NCBI RefSeq assembly: GCF_006345805.1
Contig: NC_043009.1
Span: 30,318,001 to 30,382,000 of the forward strand
Reading direction: 5' to 3'
DNA length: 64,000 nucleotides
Source: Octopus sinensis
Taxonomy: Eukaryota
In this document: one piece after another, positions 14,005 through 24,209 of the stretch
Layout of the letters: every line of letters starts with the position of its first letter
Position numbering within the stretch: the stretch's first letter is position 1
Position numbers and translations under genes: made by a program
Notes under the pieces: model-generated
Told to the model about the DNA's origin: nothing
The model's database searches: none
Seen by the model: the letters and a program-made list of their open reading frames with translations, nothing else

Positions 14005-15105
14005 GGCGGCGAACTGGCAGAAGCGTTAGCATGCCAGGTGAAATGCTTAGCAGTATTTCGTCTGCCGCTACGTTCTGAGTTCAAATTCCACCGAGGTCGA
14101 CTTTCTATTTCATCCTTTCGGGGTCGATTAAATAAGTACCTGTTACGCACTGGGTCGATATAATCGACTTAATTCGTTTGTCTGTCCTTGTTTGTCCCCT
14201 CTGTGTTTAACCCCTTGTGGGTAGTAAAGAAATAGGTATTTCGCTACTTTCTAGGTTCAAATTCCGCCGAGGTCGACTTTGCATTTCATCCTTTCGGGGT
14301 CGATTAAATAAGTACCTGTTACGCACTGGGTCGATATAATCGACTTAATTCATTTGTCTGTCCTTGTTTGTCCCCTCTGTGTTTAGCCCTTTATGGGTAG
14401 TAAAGAAATAGGTATTTCGCTACTTTCTAGGTTCAAATTACGCCGAGGTCGACTTTGCATTTCATCCTTTCGGGGTCGATTAAATAAGTACCTGTTACGC
14501 ACTGGGTCGATATAATCGACTTAATTCGTTTGTCTGTCCTTGTTTGTCCCCTCTGTGTTTAGCCCTTTGTGGGTAGTAAAGAAATAGGTATTTCGCTACT
14601 TTCTAGGATCAAATTCCACCGAGGTGGACTTTGCATTTCATCCTTTCGGGGTCGATTACATAAGTACCTGTTACGCACTGGGTCGATATGATCGACTTAA
14701 TTCGTTTGTCTGTCCTTGTTTGTCCCCTCTGTGTTTAGCCCTTTGTGGGTAGTAAAGAAATAGATATTTTGCTACGTTCCAGGTTCAAATTCCGCGGAGG
14801 TCGACTTTGCATTTCATCCTTTCGGGGTCGATTAAATAAGTACCAGTTACGCACTGGGTCGATATAATCGACTTAATTCGTTTGTCTGTCCTTGTTTGTC
14901 CCCTCCATGTTTAGCCCCTTGTGGGCTATAAAGAAATAGGTGTTTCGTCTATCTTTACGTTTTGAGTTCAAATTCTGATGAGGCTGACTATGCCTTTCAT
15001 CATTTCGAGGTCGATAAATTAAGTACCAGTCGCGTAAAGGGGTCAATCTAATCGACTGGCCCCTCCCCCCAAATTTCTGGCCTTAAGCCTAGAGTAGAAA
15101 AGAAT
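14005..15105 (+). repeat. MetaSINE-like element with five 176-bp internal tandem units plus a terminal variant unit
   Basis: Single head at 14005; B-box TCAAATT recurs at 14081, 14257, 14433, 14609, 14785 (period 176) and 14968 (variant unit with a different tail). Confidence 0.95.
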
Positions 15106-15119
15106 ATTGTTTTTCTTTT

Positions 15120-15270
15120 AAGGTGGCGAGCAGGTAGAATCGTTTTCTAAGTTCAAATTACAGCGGGGCCAGCTTTGTCTTTCTTCTTTTTAAGGTCGAT
15201 AAAATAAGTACCGGTCAAGTCAAGCACTGGGCTCGATGTAATTGACTCTTCCCCTCCGCCAACATTTAAG
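15120..15270 (+). mobile_element. Partial MetaSINE-like copy
   Basis: GGTGGCGAGCAGGTAGAATCG head and GGTCGATAAAATAAGTACC core. Confidence 0.75.
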
Positions 15271-15962
15271 CCATTTCTTTCCTTCAATTGCTGTTCTTTG
15301 AACGCATACCGTCGTTTTGTTTTCCTCTGCGTTTGGTATCCTGTCCTTTATGCTGGGTTGTGGATATTCAGTCAATCGACGTCTGAAATTATAACCCCTC
15401 TTATATTTCTTCTTTATAATCTCTGAAACTACAGGAGCCTCATGCATTATTTGAGAGAAAATCGTATTAAAACAATTACTAATGAATGGAAAACCGAGAG
15501 ACAGAATCGTGACCGACTACAGCATTGTTTCTTAGCATATATCAAAGAAGATATAACAAGGTTCCTTCCTCAATTCCAATCACTGTTACGAAGTTGTCAT
15601 GAATTAGACTATCATCAGGGTAGATATACCAATTTGCATCGTAGATATACTGATATGCATATTTTTGATGGTTCCTAAGGAATAAACATTATACCATGTT
15701 CATAAAACAGCGTAAATTACATACGCTGAAATAAATCTAAATAAAATACTCATTATTGCTTAAATAAGAATAAGAACAATATAACATTCTATAAATAATT
15801 TTGATGGGCAGAAAAAGAGGATGACGATTACTTGAGGGGCCGTTTACCATCTGTTGACAATTCTTCAGCGAAGATGTACCCGACTTCATTACCCAATCAA
15901 TAGCATCGATCATAGATGTTTGTGTGCGTGGGTGGTTGGTTAGATGTGTGTATCTGTGTGCG

Positions 15963-16006
<44 letters not shown>

Positions 16007-16136
16007 TATGTATGCATATATTGTTTCTACACTTTCTGAATCACATATATTAGCTTTATATCAATTTTCTTACACACACAAACATACCGGAATTACCCGA
16101 GAAAGCTGTTGAAAATCATCTGCCAAGAAAAAGGTC

Positions 16137-16650
16137 CTAGACATGGAGGTCCTCTCTCGAGCTGATCTGCCAAGTATTTACACACTTCTCAGAAGAGCAC
16201 AAATCAGGTGGGCAGATCATCTTGTTCGATTGCCTGACACGAGACTCCCTAAGAGACTGTTTTACAGCGAACTGAAGGTTGGCAAGTACACGCAAGGTGG
16301 ACAGATTAAGCAATTGACAGATACACTCGAATCCACAATGCTGTTCTTTGAGATCAGCCCACACCTACACACCTGGGAATTATAAGCACAAGACCGCGCT
16401 CTCTGCCGAAGCTGCACCAACAGAGGCGCCACATTCTACGAGGATTGCAAGAGCAAAAGAAGACGCGATTTGTGCAAGTCCACAGTCGAGACTTTGACTT
16501 CAGTCCCTGCAAACCACTAGTTCCCAGACTTTGGCAGAACATTCCGAGCGCACTTCGAACTGATCGGCCACAACCAGGAACACCTTAAGCTGTCTTCTTA
16601 TACCATATGAAGTCGTCCTTGGTCGTAGTTGACAACGATGGGCGAATTAC
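16137..16650 (+). mobile_element. RTE-type LINE 3' end
   Basis: ORF EVLSRADLPSIYTLLRRAQIRWADHLVRLPDTRLPKRLFYSELKVG matches the RTE C-terminal RWAGHVxRMxDxRLPKxLFYGEL motif. Confidence 0.9.
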
Positions 16651-16752
16651 ATAAACTTCCTTTCTTTATCTTATTTTAACGTTCCGTTCTTACTAAGGCG
16701 GCTTTCATATCCTATTTTTTCACTCCCACTTCTTTCGTATATATCAGTGTGT

Positions 16753-16827
<75 letters not shown>

Positions 16828-16849
16828 ATATATATATCACGTGACCGAC

Positions 16850-17118
16850 CAGGCTATCAGATTTTGTTACACATCGCTGGTCACAATGCGCTTCGCATTG
16901 TTTTAGCCTTCAAATGACGCCACTCCGCTGGCTAAGCGATCAGGCCAAGAGAAAAAAGAGTAAAAGAAACCAGTAGCGAAAGAGTACAGCAGGGATCACC
17001 CCACCCCTGCCGGAGCATCGTGGATCTTTAGGTGTTTTCGCTCAATACACTCACAACGCCCGGTGGGGGAAATGAAACCGCGAGTCTGCTACCCTAACCA
17101 CTGGGCCATTGCGCCTCC
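16850..17118 (-). mobile_element. tRNA-derived SINE (same family as 5480-5866)
   Basis: Reverse complement GGAGGCGCAATGGCCCAGTGGTTAGGGTAGCAGACTCGCGG...GCGAAAACACCTAAAGATCCACGA. Confidence 0.85.
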
Positions 17119-17162
17119 ATGTATATATATATTGTTTAAAACTCGCCAAGAAAAATTTGAAA

Positions 17163-17225
17163 CCACCTGATGAATGACTGCGACTTAAAAATTTGATGAC
17201 AGCAGCTAGGAAACGATCGTAGTGG
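17163..17225 (+). ncRNA. Type I hammerhead ribozyme-like motif (family A)
   Basis: Helix I CCAC/GTGG, core CTGATGA, partially paired long helix II, GAAA, palindromic helix III CGATCG, GUA cleavage triplet. Confidence 0.65.
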
Positions 17226-17341
17226 ATATTAATTATATTTTTTAATAATTGTTACATATTTAAATAATATAAATTAATTTATGTATTGGCTTAAGTCTTT
17301 CATTGTTTGATTTGCCTAATAGTGGTTTTGTCTCTAATTTA

Positions 17342-17400
<59 letters not shown>

Positions 17401-17401
17401 T

Positions 17402-18492
17402 ACACGGGAGTGGCAGTAACGCATACTGAAGGAGCTCTCTGCCGGGGCTATTGTTTTTTACTTCCGCTGAGTGTGCTTTTCTTTGGTGACGAGATCCTGC
17501 TTTCCTTCCACTCTCTTCATTCCCTTTCGCAGTATTTCTCTCTACTGTGGACGATCATTTGCAACCTCCTCCCATCAGAGGACGTCCAGATCAAGCGACG
17601 TCCTATATATATATATTCACACACATATATGTGGGTTTTGAAATAGCATAATTCACTTAGAATTGGTTATATTTTTAAAGTTCAAACGAGTTTGTTTTTG
17701 TTTAGGAAAGAATAAAATATAAAAGCTTTAGCTTTTATATTAATAACTATAGAAAACTGGTGGGAATATTATCTGCATGGACTTCAAGCGGGCTAGGCTG
17801 CTATTTAGGTAGATAATTTAGGAACTAGTTATAGGTTTACTTATTGAATTTATTTACCGATACTGTTTTTGTACATAGAGTAAATGTGTTTTTTTCTTGT
17901 AATTCAATTGACAATATTAGTGATTAATCCTTCCTAGAATTAACATTGAATGAATGTGGTGATATATACAGTATGTTTGTTCCAAAAAAACACTTATTTT
18001 AGTGCTGTTGACACCACCGGATTGAATGGTACAGCCCAGCTGTCGAAACCATAGTGATATCCGTGGGGCAGCTGTTCCTAAATTATCTACCTAAATAGCA
18101 GCCTAGCCCGCTTGAAGTCCATGCAGATAATATTCCCACCAGTTTTCTATAGTTATTAATATAAAAGCTAAAGCTTTTATATTTTATTCTTTCCTAAACA
18201 AAAACAAACTCGTTTGAACTTTAAAAATATAACCAATTCTAAGTGAATTATGCTATTTCAAAACCCACATATATGTGTGTGAATATATATAGGACGTCGC
18301 TTGATCTGGACGTCCTCTGATGGGAGGAGGTTGCAAATGATCGTCCACAGTAGAGAGAAATACTGCGAAAGGGAATGAAGAGAGTGGAAGGAAAGCAGGA
18401 ACTCGTCACCAAAGAAAAGCACACTCGGCGGAAGAAAAAACAATAGCCCCGGCAGAGAGCTCCTTCGGTATGCGTTACTGCCACTCTCGTGT
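17402..18492. repeat. Inverted repeat: arms 17402-17825 and 18074-18492, ~250-bp spacer
   Basis: Arms are reverse complements with only a few substitutions; they contain an AT-rich repeat segment plus an RTE 3' piece. Confidence 0.95.
18014..18066 (+). ncRNA. Degenerate type I hammerhead-like motif in the inverted-repeat spacer
   Basis: Helix I CCAC(C)GGA/TCCGTGG, core TTGAATG (degenerate), helix II G(T)ACAGC-CCA-GCTGTC, GAAA, helix III CCA-TAG-TGA, then TA. Confidence 0.45.
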
Positions 18493-21036
18493 GGTCCTGT
18501 ATAGCCACAACAAACGCTGCACCACCATCAGCAACTGACAGGATTTCTTCGGGCGCAGATCCATGGCTTCTCGAGACCGACCGATGTCTACTACTACTTA
18601 ATATGTGTATATCAAATAGACGTTTTACAAAACTATTCTGTATATATAACTAGCATTATGACTCGTCGTTGCCGGGTCATTGTGCTAGTGCATGCATATG
18701 TGTGTATACATATGTGTACATATTACATGTACATCTATATATATACATCTACACATAAAATACAAAATACAAAGTTATATCTTGATATCGCTAGTGATAA
18801 CAATACTCAAAATATATAACAGACTGGAATTGTAAGCCCGTCTCTTGCAATTTCGATCAATTGTATCTTGTCCTCCCTTTTGTATAGAAGTGTGGCTACA
18901 ATCCAGACTATCTCAACTTCTGGGGGGCGGGGGTATTTTAAATTTTTATCCTGCACGTCCTACGTCCCAGATATAAAGGTAAAAATAAAATAGTTCCACT
19001 TTGCAAGTTCGAGTCGAGTACTCCCTTGCACGCTCCGTTGACTCGAACCTTCCAACTATTGCGGCAAATTTACGCCTCTGGTTAGATATCTTTCATAGTC
19101 GCACAAAAAGACACTTTTCGATGGTGCTTTCCTCCATGTGTTCAAATCTTATTTTTTCTCTACATTGTATACTTTATAGACAATAGTCTTTTCTTTAATT
19201 TAATTTTTTATTATCCATCTGGACTACTCCATTTCTGCACGCTAATTTTACTTTTAATTTATTCCCATTCATATGAAACCACTTATTCAAGTTCAAGTCA
19301 TTGATGCAATTTTATACCAATTGCTATTTTTACTTTTGTTATGTTACGATTATATTATACTTTAGTTTGATTTTAATTATTACTTACTACATATGATTCA
19401 ATTGTTATTATTAGAGATAACAGCCATATATATAGAGATAACAGCCATACCAATAATTTAATTAATGTGTTAAATTATTGGTATGGCTGTTATCTCTATA
19501 TATATATAAAACTGAGAATGTGTGTCTGTCTGTCTCTGTGTTTCCCTAAAACTTGAGAACTACACAACCAATTTCATTCAAATTTTACACATGCCTTACT
19601 TGGGATCCAGGGAGTGTCATTGGTAAAAAAAATTCGGACCTTTTTTCCTAGGGCGAGCCCACAGCAATATCATATCTTCTCCATTACGATTTCCTAAAAC
19701 TTGAGAACTACAAAACCAATTTCATTCAAATTTTACACATGCCTTACTTAGGGTCCATGTAGTGTTATGGGCAAAAAAATGTTCAACTTCTTGCCTAGAG
19801 TGAGCCCATAGCAATATCATATCTTCTCCACTATTTCAGTATTACGTGTTAAAAGTGAAACAAAAGCATTTCTCTATTTTATATCACAGACTTTCACTTT
19901 AACAATAAAAATAATAATAACAATTGAATCATATGTAGTAAGTAATAATTAAAATCAAACTAAAGTATAATATAATCGTAACATAACAAAAGTAAAAATA
20001 GCAATTGGTATAAAATTGCATCAATGACTTGAACTTGAATACGTGGTTTCATATGAATGGGAATAAATTACAAGTAAAATTAGCGTGCAGAAATGGAGTA
20101 GTCCAGATGGATAATAAAAAATTAAATTAAAGAAAAGACTATTGTCTATAAAGTATACAATGTAGAGAAAAAATAAGATTTGAACACATGGAGGAAAGCA
20201 CCATCGAAAAGTGTCTTTTTGTGCGACTATGAAAGATATCTAACCAGAGGCGTAAATTTGCCACAATAGTTGGAAGGTTCGAGTCAACGGAGCGTGCAAG
20301 GGAGTACTCGACTCGAACTTGCAAAGTGGAACTATTTTATTTTTACCTTTATATCTGGGACGTAGGACGTGCAGGATAAAAATTTAAAATACCCCCGCCC
20401 CCCAGAAGTTGAGATAGTCTGGATTGTAGCCACACTTCTATACAAAAGGGAGGACAAGATACAATTGATCGAAATTGCAAGAGACGGGCTTACAATTCCA
20501 GTCTGTTATATATTTTGAGTATTGTTATCACTAGCGATATCAAGATATAACTTTGTATTTTGTATTTTATGTGTAGATGTATATATATAGATGTACATGT
20601 AATATGTACACATATGTATACACACATATGCATGCACTAGCACAATGACCCGGCAACGACGAGTCATAATACTAGTTATATATACAGAATAGTTTTGTAA
20701 AACGTCTATTTGATATACACATATTAAGTAGTAGTAGACATCGGTCGGTCTCGAGAAGCCATGGATCTGCGCCCGAAGAAATCCTGTCAGTTGCTGATGG
20801 TGGTGCAGCGTTTGTTGTGGCTATACAGGACCACACGAGAGTGGCAGTAACGCATACCGAAGGAGCTCTCTGCCGGGGCTATTGTTTTTTCTTCCGCCGA
20901 GTGTGCTTTTCTTTGGTGACGAGTTCCTGCTTTCCTTCCACTCTCTTCATTCCCTTTCGCAGTATTTCTCTCTACTGTGGACGATCATTTGCAACCTCCT
21001 CCCATCAGAGGACGTCCAGATCAAGCGACTTCCTAT
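18289..21036. repeat. Large fold-back palindrome, apex 19462-19469
   Basis: 18289-19411 is the reverse complement of 19912-21036 (few mismatches) and 19431-19461 of 19470-19500; the left arm lacks 19501-19911. Confidence 0.95.
19493..20675 (+). mobile_element. Non-autonomous Helitron-like element
   Basis: A|TCTCTATATATATATAAAACTGAGAATGTGTGTCTGTCTG 5' end; 3' GC hairpin GACCCGGCAACGACGAGTC ending ~10 nt before CTAG|T; internal ~150-bp direct duplication containing ACCAATTTCATTCAAATTTTACAC. Confidence 0.7.
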
Positions 21037-21250
21037 CCCCTTCATATCATTCAACGGAAGATGAGATCGTCCACCTGCTCTTCTGCCGGTGGCCAATTCC
21101 TCGTACGAGAGGTCTTTTGGCATCCTTCTGCCCGGCATGTAATCTACATGACTGAGCCACCGCAAACAACGCTGTTGGAGCCAGGTGAGTGTCCTTAATA
21201 TCTTGGCTTGGTTGAGGACATCGGTGTTGGTGATGTGTCGATCCACTTGA
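20727..21250 (-). mobile_element. RTE-type LINE 3' end with (TAC)n tail
   Basis: ORF DRHITNTDVLNQAK...LRWLSHVDYMPGRRMPKDLSYEELATGRR; 3' UTR GCGCAGATCCATGGCTTCTCGAGACCGACCGATGTCTACTACTAC. Confidence 0.9.
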
Positions 21251-21670
21251 TATCGTAGATGAGTGTATCGTTGTCAATCATCACATTTGAATATTGAGTA
21301 TGTTTTGCCCCAGGTTTTGATTGTAAAAAAACTTCAGTCTGCTTCATGCTGAACGTCAGTTCAAACGCACGAGCTGCCGAAGTAAACCTGTCAACTGGTT
21401 CCTGAATTCCCGAAAATGTATGAGGAAGTAAAGCGTGATTATCAGTAAACAGAACGTCAAGTAGAATCTCTTCCTCGGTCTATCTTCTTGATCTGAATCT
21501 TTTCCCTTTTAGGTTTAGTGGACCTCCTGTGCGAAACTGGAATATTACATCATGGTTATCTCTAAAAGCACGTTGGATTAATATTGAATAATATATAGCA
21601 AAAAGTACAGGAGCTAAAATACAGCCCTGTCTGCTTCCAGTGGCAACAGAAATTGCGTCTCAACATTAGT
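21250..21670 (-). mobile_element. RTE RT-domain fragment
   Basis: Minus strand reads SVATGSRQGCILAP (GVxQGxxLxP motif) and a degenerate LFTDN (LFADD motif). Confidence 0.75.
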
Positions 21671-21671
21671 C

Positions 21672-22260
21672 AGATCATTCAAATATCTTGCAAGTACAGT
21701 AAACTTTAAGAATACGTTTGATGACGAAATCAATGTTAGAGTATCTACGTTTACTAATGCTTTTGGAAAACTTCCTCATCCTGTGTGGGATCAACAGAGG
21801 ATCAGTCTGAAAATTAAAATAAGTATATACAAATCTTGTATTTTGAGCACATTCGTGTATGGGACAGAAACAAGGAAAGCCTACAACAAAAATATGAGAA
21901 AAAAAACATGTAAACTTTCATATGTGTTGTCTACACAATATCTGTATCATAAAATGGCAAGATAAGATATTAAATGTCAAAATCTTAGATAAATATGATA
22001 TTTCCAGTATCAAAAGCATGCTGCTGAGAACTCAGTGCAGATGGGTAGGACATGTTGTTCGAATGAAAGATAAATGCTTCCTAAAACTTCTTTTTTATGA
22101 CCAACAAGGAGAAGTGCATCGTGGTAAATGAAGGCCCGTCCTTAAATATCAGGATAAGTTGAAGCAATCAATAAAGTCTCTACAGCTTAATTTGACATCT
22201 GGGGAAAGTCAATGCCTTGATTGATCTGGTTGGCGAAAAATGTGTCATGATGCATCAAAA
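21672..22260 (+). mobile_element. RTE RT-thumb/C-terminal fragment
   Basis: FKYLASTVNFKNTFDDEINVRV...AFGKL...KISIYKSCILSTFVYGTET...KWQDKILN...RWVGHVVRMKD. Confidence 0.85.
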
Positions 22261-22366
22261 CAACCTGAGTGGAAGAAACAGGACAATAAAAGAATTAGGT
22301 GACCGCGTGTGTACCGTTGGCGATTTTTTTCCTGTCTTCCCTTCTCTGGATCTTTCCTTCTCCTAT

Positions 22367-22401
22367 GTTTCCGACGAAGAGCTCCGTTCGAAACGTTAAA
22401 C
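22367..22401 (+). ncRNA. Minimal type I hammerhead-like motif (family C)
   Basis: Helix I GTTT/AAAC, core CCGACGA (U4>C), extra A, helix II GAGC-TCC-GTTC, then GAAACGTT with palindromic AACGTT. Confidence 0.6.
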
Positions 22402-23564
22402 CCTCCTTCTTACCTTCTTTCCTGAGCGTCCAATAATACTATATTTGTTCAACGTCCTCGCGTTGTTGTGTTTTTTGTGCTTTCTTGTTTGGATTAACTA
22501 TATATATATATATATGGGGGGGGGGACAGAGACAGAGGGAGAGAGAAGAGACAGAGAGGGAGAGAAGCAGAGAGAGAGAGAGAGAGAGAGCAACGAGAGA
22601 TATGAGCTCAGAATTGTATCAATCTAAATACTGTTTTTCTTTCGAAGCTTCTGTATGTTTTCCTCAAAAAATGATATCTTCCCGCTGATGTACAAACAGT
22701 CCCACACAGCGCAAGTGTGTGCTGATATGAGTAAATTTATATGCGTACGTTTATTTGTACCTGTGTATGCTATTGAAATTAAATAATGTACGCTTTTGCT
22801 ATTTTCTGTTTAATCCATTCTCTTACTATGAAATGTAATCCATGAACAATTAAACAACAATAAACCTATTCTAATTCACATACTTCCTCTGTTAATGTAC
22901 TTTGTTATTTCTTTACGGTAGTGGTATAACTACTTTACACATGCAGCGTTTCAAAATATGCTTACTTGCTTAAGGCGGTCCATCTTGACAGATGACGACG
23001 TTTTCAAAACATAATGCAACTTCAATAGCAGGTTATCTCCTCTACCTTTTCTATATCCGTTTCTTTCTCTGCTGGGCACCACTCCAGTTTGGACGCTTAC
23101 AGTGGCATATCAGATTTACTTTGAGGAGAAATTCTTAATACTTTACGCAAAACTTATCCATTTCTGAAGAAAAGGATATGTTAAGTTATCTCTCGCGAAC
23201 AGTTCTACAACGAACTGCATCTGATTCCCTGGGGGTGGAATAGTCGGAAAAAGTCGGAAGATCTCAGAGGTGAATAGAGATATTTAACCTTCTGACTTTC
23301 ATGAATTACGACTATTGTCGCAAACTTCATATGATATTGATTTCAGTATGATGGAACTTATGCGGACATGTTTGCATTAATACGCATGCTCAACATTATA
23401 TAATATAATTGTATCTTCACAAATTGAAAATAAAGTAAGCTAGATCAGCTGATCATCTCAACATTAACAGTTCAACACACGCGCACGCACATAGATAGAT
23501 AACTGATTCCAGTAAGTAGACGTGCTATATATATATATCGATTATACATATATATATATATGTG

Positions 23565-23598
<34 letters not shown>

Positions 23599-23599
<1 letters not shown>

Positions 23600-23885
23600 A
23601 GGCACATGGCCTAGTGGTTAGCGCAGCGGACTCGCAGTCGAGACATCGCGGGTTCGAATATCAGACCGGGCGGTGTGTGTGTTTATGAGCGAAACACCTA
23701 ATTTCCACGCGGCTCCGGCAGAAGGTAATGGCGAACCTCTGCTGACTCTTCCACCACAACTTTCTCTCACTCTTTCCTCCTGCATCTTGCAGCTCACCTG
23801 CGACGGACCGGTGTCCCGTCCAGGTGGGGAACCTATACGCCAAGAAACAGGGAAACCGGCCCTTATGAGCTCGAGAAGGAACAAA
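23599..23885 (+). mobile_element. tRNA-derived SINE (relative of 5480-5866)
   Basis: TGGCCTAGTGGTTAGCGCAGCGGACTCGC...GGGTTCGAATA head; shared body CTCTTCCACCACAACTTTCTCTCAC. Confidence 0.85.
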
Positions 23886-23912
23886 CAACAAAAATATATA
23901 TACATACAATTT

Positions 23913-24209
23913 TTAAAATTATGAATTAGGGTATCTACGAGATACCACCATGCTGAAAATAGCAGCCATGATCTGACTCTAAAACCATCTTAAGTATCCA
24001 TATAGCAACACGGAGAGAAAACAAAGAGACAAGTAAAAGAGACAAGAGACTAGTAAAAAATATCCAGTAATTTTTTACTAGTATCATCTTGTCTCTTTAT
24101 TTTTCTCTCCGTGTTGCTATATGGATACTTAAGGTGGTTTTAGAGTCAGATCATGGCTGCTATTTTCGGCATGGTGGTATCTCGTAGATACCCTAATTCA
24201 TAATTTTAA
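23913..24209. repeat. ~300-bp near-perfect palindrome, loop ~24061-24070
   Basis: Outer arms 23913-24033 and 24088-24209 are reverse complements with ~3 mismatches; inner stem ACTAGTAAAAAA/TTTTTTACTAGT. Confidence 0.95.

Noticed and set aside
14005-15105. Regular 176-bp array as a CRISPR
   Set aside because: Units are contiguous near-identical SINE bodies with no unique spacers; eukaryotic context, no cas genes.
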